Shown in pieces: positions 38,235 to 46,824 of a stretch of 64,000 nucleotides of DNA. The notes under the pieces are model-generated. The model was not told the DNA's origin, made no database searches, and was given only the letters and a program-made list of their open reading frames with translations. The position numbers and the translations under genes were made by a program. Source of the DNA: Chitinophagales bacterium (GTDB lineage Bacteria > Bacteroidota > Bacteroidia > Chitinophagales > LD1); contig JAXLUM010000003.1 in the NCBI GenBank assembly GCA_046329515.1, positions 9,606 to 73,605 on the forward strand, read 5' to 3'. Positions within the stretch are counted from its first letter, which is position 1. The number at the start of each line of letters is the position of its first letter.

Positions 38235-38360
38235 TTAGCACTTGCAGTCTGCACAGTTGCAGGGTGAACACTGGCAACCGGTGGTTTTGCAGTTACAGTT
38301 TTCGCATTTACAGTTGTTGCAAGAGCAGTTCTGCTGCTTCAGTTTCAATGTTGTTTCCAT
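38235..38360 (-). CDS. 41-aa cysteine-rich, metallothionein-like peptide (not in ORF track)
   Basis: Own translation: METTLKLKQQNCSCNNCKCENCNCKTTGCQCSPCNCADCKC*. It has 12 Cys in two copies of CxCxxCxCxxCxC. ATG start with an A-rich leader, a -7 box about 30 nt upstream, and a terminator 3 nt after the stop. Confidence 0.7.
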   Translation of the reverse strand: METTLKLKQQNCSCNNCKCENCNCKTTGCQCSPCNCADCKC

Positions 38361-38389
38361 CTTTTTAATTGTTTAGTTAATTAATGATG

Positions 38390-38397
38390 CAAACATA
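38390..38397 (-). promoter_or_regulatory. Bacteroidota -7 promoter box (TAtgTTTG on the minus strand) for the Cys-rich peptide gene
   Basis: Minus strand reads ..cccctATGTTTGcatcattaattaactaaacaattaaaaagATG. Confidence 0.5.
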
Positions 38398-38426
38398 GGG
38401 GCAGTAGGCCGCCTGCGGTTTATACT

Positions 38427-38456
38427 ACTTTGGGTGCGTGTTATAAAACTTTGGGT
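38427..38456 (-). promoter_or_regulatory. Two direct repeats ACTTTGGGT spaced 21 bp apart (candidate AraC-type operator)
   Basis: actttgggt occurs at 38427-38435 and 38448-38456, upstream of the -7 box and abutting the stop of the AraC gene. Confidence 0.35.
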
Positions 38457-39032
38457 TTAAATTTTATCCAACGCCTTACGCTTGGCGGCTCCAACTTCTT
38501 TATAATGCGAAGGCGTAAGCCCTGTTATTTTTTTAAACTGGCTCGATAAGTGGGCCACGCTGCTGTAGTTCAGCTCTACGGCAATTTCTGATAAGGTTAG
38601 CTGACGGTAAACAATAAGTTCTTTCGCCTTCTCAATACGCTGCTCAATAAAATACTGCTCAATAGTTCGGCCTTCAATGGCGGAAAACATACTGCTTAAG
38701 TGGGTGTATTCGTAGTTAAGCTGCTCAGCCAAATATTTGGAAAGGATTATTTTTTTATCGCTGCTATCTTCTTCGTTGCGCGCTTTTTTAATAATCAACT
38801 GCTTTGTTTTTTCTATCAGCGCACTGGTGTGGCTGTCAATTAATTCAAAGCCTACTTTTTCCAGTTCTTCTGCCAGCTTGTGTTTTTGCGTATCGCTTAT
38901 TTTTTCGGGCAGGTGTATTTCACCAAAAATAACTTCGTTAAACGGTATAGCTGCCTTATTTAAAATGGTTTCTACCGACATTATGCAACGCCTGCATACC
39001 ATATTCTTAACCAGTAAAACTGAAGCCGCCAT
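38457..39032 (-). CDS. AraC-family transcriptional regulator with N-terminal HMA-like (MxCxxC) metal-binding domain
   Basis: N-terminus LLVKNMVCRRCIMSVETIL (MxCxxC in a ferredoxin-like segment). C-terminal AraC HTH (LTLSEIAVELNYSSVAHLSSQFKKITGLTPSHY). The ATG at 39032 is preferred because the TTG at 39062 overlaps a -7 box. Confidence 0.8.
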   Translation of the reverse strand: MAASVLLVKNMVCRRCIMSVETILNKAAIPFNEVIFGEIHLPEKISDTQKHKLAEELEKVGFELIDSHTSALIEKTKQLIIKKARNEEDSSDKKIILSKYLAEQLNYEYTHLSSMFSAIEGRTIEQYFIEQRIEKAKELIVYRQLTLSEIAVELNYSSVAHLSSQFKKITGLTPSHYKEVGAAKRKALDKI

Positions 39033-39059
39033 GATGTATTGATGTAAGTGAGTCCGCGC

Positions 39060-39067
39060 CAAAATTA
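39060..39067 (-). promoter_or_regulatory. Bacteroidota -7 box (TAatTTTG on the minus strand) for the AraC regulator
   Basis: Minus strand reads gcgcaTAATTTTGgcgcgg, about 28 nt upstream of the ATG at 39032. Confidence 0.4.
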
Positions 39068-39106
39068 TGCGCTTTTATTTTTGCTGCAAATTTTACGGCG
39101 AACAAT

Positions 39107-39133
39107 AAAAAAGGCCGTGCTTGCGCACGGCCT
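39107..39133 (-). terminator. Rho-independent terminator after the DUF4397 gene
   Basis: Minus strand reads AGGCCGTGCgcaaGCACGGCCTtttttt. Confidence 0.8.
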
Positions 39134-39157
39134 CCATTAAACCCAAGAGAGAATCAA

Positions 39158-41584
39158 CTATCTCAAAACACTAAAGCGTAGGGTTTGCTTATTGCTGCCA
39201 CTTACAATGGCTGCAGTGTATAATCCGTTAGTTATATCGCTTACATCAAGCGTTAACAGTTGCTTGCCTGCAGCAAGGCCGTTGAAGGCCTGTTGTTTTA
39301 CTACCGCGCCTGTGGCGTCAAAAATCTGAACGTTGTAGGCTGCGTCAACTTCGTTTTCAATTGCCAGGTTTAATAGGCCATTGGTAGGGTTAGGGAATGC
39401 TACTACTGAACCTAATGTGTTTTGTTCATCGTTTACAGAAGACACTACAGAAAGAGGAATAAAGTTGCCGCCTTCTGCCAACGCTACGTATAAACCAAAG
39501 GCAGGGCCGTTGTTGTTAGCTGCAGGGTTTAAGAAACCTGAGGCCAACACTACACCGCTTTTGCCTGCAAGTGGGGTTACATCTGCACTATAGGTTACAA
39601 TGGTGTTAGTGCCTGAAGAATCTTTTACGGCCAATTGATAAGCGCCGGCTAATACCTGTAAATAATTGGTTTGAGCGCCGTAGGAAGCGTTGTTTACAAT
39701 TGTTGTTCCGCCAACTGCTGCTACGTCAACGGTAGGTGCATCGGTAGCGCCATGTATTACAAAGAAATCTACATTAGCTACAAGGGCAGCCTGCTTTTGT
39801 GCCATTGGTTTAACCAGTATCTCAAATGCAGTGCTTATACCATCGGGGTTAGCAGCAAAACCACTACCAACTACGCCCGAGGCTGTAAGAACATAATTTT
39901 CATTAGCATTTAAAGTGTAACCGTTTGTCCATAGGGCATCAGCTACTGTCATTGATGTTTTAGGGGCAATGGCTATTTCGTGCTCAACACCGGCCAGTAA
40001 ATCAATAAACGGCGTAGCAGTGCGGAAAGCGAAGTTGTCAAGCGCTTTGGTGCCATCTATATAAACATCCACTGAATCAGCTAATGGGTCGGCACAGTTG
40101 TGTAATACCTGCACACTTGCAAATTGCTGCGATGGTAACTGTAATACAGTTCCGTTGGCTAACAGTGCAAAAATTCCAAAGGCAGGGCCGTTGTTGTTCA
40201 TTGATGGAGTTAAGAAACCGCTGGCGAAAACTAATGCGGCACCGCCGCTCAGGCTGCTTAAATCAGCTACGTAGCTGGCTACTACAGTTGAAGAACCTGC
40301 AGGTGTAATATCCAGTGGATACCATGTAGGGTCTACACTTAAGTAAGCTGTGTTATCCTGGTATTTTGCGTTAGATACCAGTGTAGGGCCGCCGTTGCTC
40401 ACTTTAACGTCTACAGCAGGTGCATCGGTTACACCATGTAATACTGCAAAATCTACTTTGTTACCATTGCTTGCAGCAAGTTGTGCGTTAGCAATTACTT
40501 TTAAAGTAAAGGCTGTGCTCACACCATCGGGGTTTACTGAAAAGCCTGTGCCTACAACACCTGAAGCAGCTACTATATAGTTTTGGTTAGCTGCTAAGTT
40601 AATGTTGGGGAATGATGCCAGCGCCTGTGCTACTGAAGTTGAGTTAGATGGCGCTACAGCAATAGTGTGGTTTACACCTGCTAACAAATTGATGAACGGT
40701 GTACCTGTGCGGAAGGCAAAGTTATCTAAGGCCAGTGCACCGTCAATATAAACATCTACTGAAGCGGCAGCAGGGTCAGCACAGTTATGCAGCACCTGTA
40801 CTTTTGCAAACTGCTGTTGTGGTAATTCAATTACAGTACCATCAGCTAAAGCAGCAAACAAACCAAATGCAGGGCCGTTGTTGTTAGCCGAAGGGGTTAA
40901 AAAGCCTGAAGCAAAAACTACAGCTGCTCCGCCGCCAAGGCCGCTAAGGTCAGCAACGTAACTTGCTACTACAGTGCTGGTACCGGCTGCGGCAATATCA
41001 AGCGCATACCAGGTTGGGTCTACACTTAAATAACCGCTGGCATCGCCATACTTAGCATTAGGCACCAGGGTTGCGCCGCCTGTTAGGTTTACATCTACGC
41101 CCGGTGCATCAGTAGCGCCATGAAAAACAGCGAATTCTACTTTACCGCTGTTAAATGAAGTGCGGCGTGCAGGGGCAAGAATTTTTAAATCGAAACCTGT
41201 GCTTATGCTGTTTGGGTTAGCAGCAAAACCGCTGCCCACCACACCTGAAGCAATTACCACATAGCTTGAATCAGTAGCTAAGGCAGGTAAGGTTTGCGAG
41301 TAGATAGCAGGGTCAGAAGCAGAAGCGCCGGGAGCTTTTATATAGGCCGTGATAGCCACGCCCGATGGCACCGTTAAAAATGCCGATGCCGTGCGAAAGG
41401 CAAAGGCAGAAGAAATAAGCGTTTGACCGCCGCCGAAATCAGCATAAACTGAAACAGTATCTGCTGCGGGGTCGGCGCAGTTGTGAATAAGTTGTACGTA
41501 GGAGTTGGCCCGGGTTTGGCCAATGCTGAAGCATGCCAGAATGGTAAGGCACAGCATCTTTGTCCTGATAGTTAAATTTCTCAT
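39158..41584 (-). CDS. DUF4397-repeat protein with T9SS type-A CTD
   Basis: Signal peptide. Three units of about 230 aa, each with two DUF4397-like halves (VQ.LHNCADP.A.SVDVYIDG...; DFAV.HG.TDAP.VDV). C-terminus VVAFPNPTNGLLNL...GLYTAAIV...LRFSVLR. Confidence 0.75.
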   Translation of the reverse strand: MRNLTIRTKMLCLTILACFSIGQTRANSYVQLIHNCADPAADTVSVYADFGGGQTLISSAFAFRTASAFLTVPSGVAITAYIKAPGASASDPAIYSQTLPALATDSSYVVIASGVVGSGFAANPNSISTGFDLKILAPARRTSFNSGKVEFAVFHGATDAPGVDVNLTGGATLVPNAKYGDASGYLSVDPTWYALDIAAAGTSTVVASYVADLSGLGGGAAVVFASGFLTPSANNNGPAFGLFAALADGTVIELPQQQFAKVQVLHNCADPAAASVDVYIDGALALDNFAFRTGTPFINLLAGVNHTIAVAPSNSTSVAQALASFPNINLAANQNYIVAASGVVGTGFSVNPDGVSTAFTLKVIANAQLAASNGNKVDFAVLHGVTDAPAVDVKVSNGGPTLVSNAKYQDNTAYLSVDPTWYPLDITPAGSSTVVASYVADLSSLSGGAALVFASGFLTPSMNNNGPAFGIFALLANGTVLQLPSQQFASVQVLHNCADPLADSVDVYIDGTKALDNFAFRTATPFIDLLAGVEHEIAIAPKTSMTVADALWTNGYTLNANENYVLTASGVVGSGFAANPDGISTAFEILVKPMAQKQAALVANVDFFVIHGATDAPTVDVAAVGGTTIVNNASYGAQTNYLQVLAGAYQLAVKDSSGTNTIVTYSADVTPLAGKSGVVLASGFLNPAANNNGPAFGLYVALAEGGNFIPLSVVSSVNDEQNTLGSVVAFPNPTNGLLNLAIENEVDAAYNVQIFDATGAVVKQQAFNGLAAGKQLLTLDVSDITNGLYTAAIVSGSNKQTLRFSVLR

Positions 41585-41819
41585 GTGCTTTTTTGTTTAA
41601 GTTTTTTGTATGAAAGGTTAAACAAAAAAGAATCCACGCGGTTCGCACAGGCATGAAAAAAAATGAAGATTTTAACGCTTATTTAAAAATCAGCAGCTAA
41701 ATTACAGATGCCTTTTGGCTGAACATCAATGGTTTAAAAGCCCATGGTTGGCTAAAAAGAAAAATATAAAGGCAAGGATAGAATGCTCCTATGCCGAAAA
41801 TGAGAAAACGAATAAACGT

Positions 41820-42302
41820 ATGACACCTGCAGAACTGGCCGCTTTTTATGAGCGTGATATGAATAAGCTGATTGCTGAAATTGAAGCTTTTAAAAAGGAA
41901 GAGGACCTTTGGAAAGTTAGCGGTTCTATAAAAAATTCCAGCGGCAACCTGGCGCTGCACCTTATTGGCGGTATGAACTTTTTAATAGGAACTACCCTTG
42001 CGGGTACGGGCTATGTTAGAAACCGCGATTTAGAATTTACCGCAACCGGCATTACCCGCAGAGAGTTAATTGAACAACTGAACGCTTTAAAAACGCTTAT
42101 TGTGCAAACGCTAAATGCTATGCCGGCAGAGCAATTGAACAGGCCTTACCCCCGTTTTTTTGATAAAGAAAATGCAACAGTTAGTTACGTACTAACGCAG
42201 CTGCTTTTGCATTTAAACTACCACATTGGGCAAATAAACTATTTAAGAAGAATGATGGATGGCAATGGAGAATGGGCAATAAAAGAGGCTGCGGGTATTT
42301 AA
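41820..42302 (+). CDS. DinB-family (DUF1572-like) protein
   Basis: Four-helix DinB-like pattern with His residues (LALHLIGG...HLNYHIGQINYLRR). ATG 41820 is preferred over the track start. Confidence 0.6.
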   Translation: MTPAELAAFYERDMNKLIAEIEAFKKEEDLWKVSGSIKNSSGNLALHLIGGMNFLIGTTLAGTGYVRNRDLEFTATGITRRELIEQLNALKTLIVQTLNAMPAEQLNRPYPRFFDKENATVSYVLTQLLLHLNYHIGQINYLRRMMDGNGEWAIKEAAGI

Positions 42303-42340
42303 TGGTAAGGGTAAAAATTACTTACGATTAAAGTTGTTAT

Positions 42341-42937
42341 ATGCGGAAAATTATTGTTCTATCCATGCTATCCTTAGATGGAGTGATGCAGGCACCGGGT
42401 GGGCCGCAGGAAGATACATCAGAAGGTTTTACTTATGGCGGGTGGGTTGCGCCTTACGGAGATGAAGTATACCGAAAGGTAGTTCAAAAGGAAATGGAAC
42501 CGGGGCCATTGCTGTTAGGCAGAAAGACATTTGAAATTTGGGAAAACTATTGGCCGCAGCACGCCAATGCATGGCCGGGCATTAATGAGATGCCGAAATA
42601 TGTGTTGAGCACCACACGTCAAAAATCGGATTGGAAGAATTCTGTTTTTCTGGAAAGTTTGGCTGATATTAAACAATTGAAAAGTACGGAAGGGCCGGCT
42701 ATTAAAGTTTGGGGTAGCAGCAAGCTTGTGCAGTTATTGCTTGAAAATGATTTAGTTGATGAGCTTTGGCTAAAAATTCATCCCTTAGTGCTTGGTAAAG
42801 GCAAACGGCTGTTTAATGATGCCGCAGCTGCTGCCGCTTTTACATTAGTAAACCAAACCGTTACTACCACCGGGGTAATTATAGCTAATTACAGGCGTGC
42901 GGGTAATGTAGAAACAGGTATAGCCGGAGGGAGATAA
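42341..42937 (+). CDS. Dihydrofolate reductase-like (RibD C-terminal domain) family protein
   Basis: [22 protein letters not shown]...GRKTFE...[36 protein letters not shown]. Confidence 0.75.
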   Translation: MRKIIVLSMLSLDGVMQAPGGPQEDTSEGFTYGGWVAPYGDEVYRKVVQKEMEPGPLLLGRKTFEIWENYWPQHANAWPGINEMPKYVLSTTRQKSDWKNSVFLESLADIKQLKSTEGPAIKVWGSSKLVQLLLENDLVDELWLKIHPLVLGKGKRLFNDAAAAAAFTLVNQTVTTTGVIIANYRRAGNVETGIAGGR

Positions 42938-42938
42938 C

Positions 42939-43301
42939 ATGACAAATAACGAAGCACAACATACGCGCATTGCCAATATGCTCTTCTCATCAGTTTATCC
43001 TTTATATGTAAGTAAGGTGGTTAAGAAAGGAAGGACCAAGGAGGAATTGGATGAGGTTATAAAATGGTTAACGGGCTTTAGTGATAAGCAATTGGAACAA
43101 CAAATTAATAGCAAAGCTACATTTGCCTCATTCTTTGAAAGGGCGAAATTAAACTCCAATGCTCACCTTATTACCGGCGTAATTTGTGGTTACCGCGTAG
43201 AAGAAATTGAAAACCCTTTAACCCAAAAGGTGCGTTACCTTGATAAGCTGGTAGATGAGTTAGCAAAGGGGAAAGCGATCGAAAAGATTTTAAGAAAGTA
43301 A
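42939..43301 (+). CDS. DUF2200 domain protein
   Basis: 120 aa; [38 protein letters not shown] pattern as recalled for DUF2200. Confidence 0.55.
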   Translation: MTNNEAQHTRIANMLFSSVYPLYVSKVVKKGRTKEELDEVIKWLTGFSDKQLEQQINSKATFASFFERAKLNSNAHLITGVICGYRVEEIENPLTQKVRYLDKLVDELAKGKAIEKILRK

Positions 43302-43333
43302 TTTTTTCAACGCTTAATATTTGGCATTGGTAC

Positions 43334-43759
43334 ATGAAAGTAGAAGAACAAATAAAGCAATACATAAACAGCCAACAGGAACCTAAACAGGGGGAAATGC
43401 AGGAACTGCATAAGCGAATAATGAAGGCACTACCTAAATGTAAGTTGTGGTTTCATGATGGTAAAGATGAGAAGGGTAAGGTAGTCTCTAATCCTAATAT
43501 CGGTTACGGCGCATACACCATACAATACGCCAACGGCAAATCAAAGGAATGGTATAGAATTGGTTTGAGCGCAAACACTACCGGCATTTCGGTTTACATA
43601 CTGGGGCTTGAAGACAAGACGTACCTGGCTAAGACCTATGGAAAGAAGTTAGGCAAAGCGAGTGTAACAGACTACTGCATAAAGTTTAAAAAGCTGGGTG
43701 ATATTGACCTTGATGTGCTGATGGAAGCCGTAAAGTACGGAGCAGAACAAGGAGGATAG
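43334..43759 (+). CDS. DUF1801 (YdhG-like) domain protein
   Basis: 141 aa; IGYGAYTIQYANGKSKEWYRIGLSANTTGISVYI pattern. Confidence 0.55.
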   Translation: MKVEEQIKQYINSQQEPKQGEMQELHKRIMKALPKCKLWFHDGKDEKGKVVSNPNIGYGAYTIQYANGKSKEWYRIGLSANTTGISVYILGLEDKTYLAKTYGKKLGKASVTDYCIKFKKLGDIDLDVLMEAVKYGAEQGG

Positions 43760-43769
43760 TGTTTGAATT

Positions 43770-44168
43770 CTATTTCTTACTGCACTTGGCGCACCTGCAA
43801 CCGTATGGCTTAATGTAGGCATCAAACATTTCCTTGCCGTAATCATAGGATAGTTCTTCACCTTCTTTGATGTTCTTTTTGGCAAACACCCAAATGCGGC
43901 CGGCTTTAATATCTATATCGCAATTAGCGGCTGATTTGCAGGCATGGTTAATATAACGGGCTGTGTTTTTGCGGTCCTTACCGTCAATGTACCACTTAGA
44001 GTTTAGCTCAAACAAGTACATACCGCCGCGGCGGTTGGCTTCATCTTCATTTATTTTTTCGCCGGTATATTCTATAATTCTTTGGCCTTTAGCTATTGGT
44101 TCCATAGCAAACAACCCAAGGCCCGAAGCCCCTCTTTTCACTTTTAACTGCACATCCGTTTTCTTCAT
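43770..44168 (-). CDS. SET-domain protein (putative lysine methyltransferase)
   Basis: GLGLFA...I.EYTGE.I....A.RR......YLFEL...YIDG......ARYINHAC..AN.......I..FA...I..GEELSYDYG. C-terminal CRCAKC cluster. Confidence 0.8.
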   Translation of the reverse strand: MKKTDVQLKVKRGASGLGLFAMEPIAKGQRIIEYTGEKINEDEANRRGGMYLFELNSKWYIDGKDRKNTARYINHACKSAANCDIDIKAGRIWVFAKKNIKEGEELSYDYGKEMFDAYIKPYGCRCAKCSKK

Positions 44169-44271
44169 AAGGCTGCGAATGTAGACGAAATAAATTTTTT
44201 GTTCCTGTTTTTAAGAAAGTAGCGGAACACGGCTCTGCTGCAACGGCTTTAAGTGTTTGTATGGAATCTTC

Positions 44272-44970
44272 TTAACAGATTAGAAGTAATCTCGGCTCTC
44301 CCGGTTTTTCCTGCGGGGCACGATGCACGCAGGGCGCTACCGGGCTTTCGGGGTTAGCTACTGCCAAACGCCATAAGTTGCCAATGCCGCAGTTAATAGT
44401 CTGGGCATTAGGTTTGCCCTGGTAGTGTAAATCAAAAAAATGCTCACTCAGGAAAGCTTCGAAACCTTCTTCGGGGCCATCATAAAGTTTTAGTAGTTCA
44501 GCGCGTATTTCCGGAACAAGCACTTTCTTCTCGCATAGTGCGTTTGGTATTATCTCGCTCGGTGCTCCGAAGTAGGTGCATAAGAAGGTATCAGTAGCAA
44601 TGGGCGAGCTATCTGCATGAAAGGAATACACATCGGTTGGAAAGAAAGGAAAGTCTTCATCCCTCTCGTAATGCGTAATTAAATTTAGCACCGGTTGTGC
44701 GCCATAGTCCTGCAACAAATGCAAATCATGCAAAATAATTTCACGGGCTGTTTGCCCCTCTTCACTTAAAATCAGCGCACGAAGTTCATCCGGTTCTATC
44801 ACTGTTATATTGCCGTTTACAGTTATTGCATTTACAATCTCCCTGAAATCTCCCTTCAATTCCCGCTGCCAGCAAAGGGCGTTGCGCTCCCCGGCAAATG
44901 GCGTATTCACCAGGTCTGCAAAACTTGCAACATTAGGATATTGGTAAGTGATAAACGGTAAATCGGGCAT
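44272..44970 (-). CDS. Hypothetical protein (possibly DUF1826-like)
   Basis: ORF only, using the ATG at 44970. The family assignment is from memory and weak. Confidence 0.4.
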   Translation of the reverse strand: MPDLPFITYQYPNVASFADLVNTPFAGERNALCWQRELKGDFREIVNAITVNGNITVIEPDELRALILSEEGQTAREIILHDLHLLQDYGAQPVLNLITHYERDEDFPFFPTDVYSFHADSSPIATDTFLCTYFGAPSEIIPNALCEKKVLVPEIRAELLKLYDGPEEGFEAFLSEHFFDLHYQGKPNAQTINCGIGNLWRLAVANPESPVAPCVHRAPQEKPGEPRLLLIC

Positions 44971-45137
44971 AATAGCAATGCAAGATAAGAGGAAAACGTG
45001 GAGGGTGCCGGAACCTTTAACACCTCTGTTACTGAAAAGTGGGCCCCCTCCCACTTCTTAACCCAAGTTAAGGAGATTGGCAAAGCGGGGCCATACTTTT
45101 GCCTCATCAAATCACACAAACAACTAAAAACAACAAA

Positions 45138-46091
45138 ATGAAAGCAGCAGTTTATACCCAATACGGCGCACCACAGGTTTTACAACTTAAAGAGGTAGCA
45201 AAGCCGGTACCTACTGAAAACGAAATTCTTATTCGCATAAAAGCCACAGCCGTTAATTCAGGTGATGTGCGCCTGCGCAAAGCCGACCCCTTTGCCGTTC
45301 GGTTCTTCTTCGGCTTACTTAAGCCGAAAATAGGCACGCTGGGCAGTGTGTTTTCAGGCGAGGTGGAAAGCGTAGGAAACAAGGTTACCCTTTTTAAAGC
45401 CGGCGACCAGGTGTTTGGCCACACCGATATGCGTTTTGGCGCCTATGCAGAATACATATGTGTGGCAGAGAACAGTTCTTTGGCCGTAAAACCAACGAAT
45501 ATTTCACATAAGGAAGCCGCCTCTATTCCCTTTGGTGGAGTTACAGCCTTGCATTTTCTTAATAAGGCTATGGTTAAGGCAAATCAAAAAGTAATTATAG
45601 TGGGTGCTTCAGGTGCTGTGGGAAGTGCCGCAGTTCAACTGGCAAAGTCGTACGGCGCAATAGTAACCGGTGTTTGTAGCACCTCGAATGTTGCCTTGGT
45701 AAAAAGCATAGGGGCCGATAAAGTTATTGACTACACAAAAGAAGACTTTACCCAAAACGGCGAGCAATACGATTTGATTTTTGATACGGTAAATACTATA
45801 TCGGTTACAAAGGCGGCAAAATGCTTAACCCAAAACGGCACTATGATTTTGAGCGCCGCCGGAATGGCTGAAATGCTGCAGGGCTTTTGGCTGAATATTT
45901 CAGGTGGTAGAAAAGTATTAACCGGGGTTATTAGCCATAAAGCAGAAGATATTCAATTGTTGAAAGGGCTTATTGAGGCGAAAAAGTATAAGCCTGTTGT
46001 TGACAGAAGTTTCCCTTTAGCGCAGATAGCAGAGGCACATGCTTATGTAGAGAAAGGACATAAAAAAGGAAACGTAGCGCTGGAGGTATAA
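45138..46091 (+). CDS. NAD(P)-dependent medium-chain dehydrogenase/quinone oxidoreductase
   Basis: MKAAVYTQYG...; GASGAVGSAAVQLAK nucleotide-binding motif. Confidence 0.85.
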   Translation: MKAAVYTQYGAPQVLQLKEVAKPVPTENEILIRIKATAVNSGDVRLRKADPFAVRFFFGLLKPKIGTLGSVFSGEVESVGNKVTLFKAGDQVFGHTDMRFGAYAEYICVAENSSLAVKPTNISHKEAASIPFGGVTALHFLNKAMVKANQKVIIVGASGAVGSAAVQLAKSYGAIVTGVCSTSNVALVKSIGADKVIDYTKEDFTQNGEQYDLIFDTVNTISVTKAAKCLTQNGTMILSAAGMAEMLQGFWLNISGGRKVLTGVISHKAEDIQLLKGLIEAKKYKPVVDRSFPLAQIAEAHAYVEKGHKKGNVALEV

Positions 46092-46092
46092 C

Positions 46093-46668
46093 CTATTTCT
46101 GAAGCAACCTCTTTCTAATGCGGCTTAATGATTCCGGTTTAACGCCAACGTAACTGGCAATTTGATACTGAGGGATTTTTTGAAATAAATCGGGGCGCGA
46201 TTTCAGCAACTTCAAATAGCGTTGTTCTGCAGTATCGGTAGAGTAGGAGGACATAATCTCCTGTTGCTCGGCAAATACCTTCTCCATTACTTTTCTTGAA
46301 ACGGTTTCCAATTTCGGGAACCGTTTATAAAGGCCCTCTTCTTTTTCGCGGTTACCAACCACCAACGAGCAATCTATACAACAATCCATATAATGCCTTG
46401 AAGGAGCATTCTGCATAAAACTGTTCATGGATATTACCCATTGTTCTTCGGTAAAAAAGTTACTCGTTCTTTCCTCACCATCTACCAGGTAATACTGCCT
46501 TACGCAGCCCTCTAAAACAAAATATACTTCGGTTGAAACCTGTCCCTCTTTAAGCAGCACCGTACCCTTTTTATATTGCTTAATGGTCATGGTTTCTACA
46601 ATGCCTTCAATCTCTTCTTTTGAGAGGGGCATAATCCGTTGAAAATATTGCAGAAGTTTTTGTTCCAT
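46093..46668 (-). CDS. Crp/Fnr family transcriptional regulator
   Basis: cNMP-binding beta-roll (KKGTVLLKEGQVSTEVYFVLEGCVRQY). C-terminal HTH (IASYVGVKPESLSRIRKRL). Confidence 0.85.
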   Translation of the reverse strand: MEQKLLQYFQRIMPLSKEEIEGIVETMTIKQYKKGTVLLKEGQVSTEVYFVLEGCVRQYYLVDGEERTSNFFTEEQWVISMNSFMQNAPSRHYMDCCIDCSLVVGNREKEEGLYKRFPKLETVSRKVMEKVFAEQQEIMSSYSTDTAEQRYLKLLKSRPDLFQKIPQYQIASYVGVKPESLSRIRKRLLQK

Positions 46669-46824
46669 TAAACTGGGAGGTCAATCGCTAGTTTCAAATA
46701 TAGGAACTCTTTTAATGCGGTGGTTGTACTAAACATTGCATCAATGTAATTTCTGCCATACATAGTAATAGTTGCTATGTGATATAGATTAACCTCTATT
46801 TTTGTCCGCGCCAAACCACTTTTT

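Noticed and set aside
39033-39062. TTG start extending the AraC regulator by 10 codons (MARTHLHQYI)
   Set aside because: The extension overlaps a good TAatTTTG -7 box. The ATG at 39032 sits directly before the MxCxxC domain.
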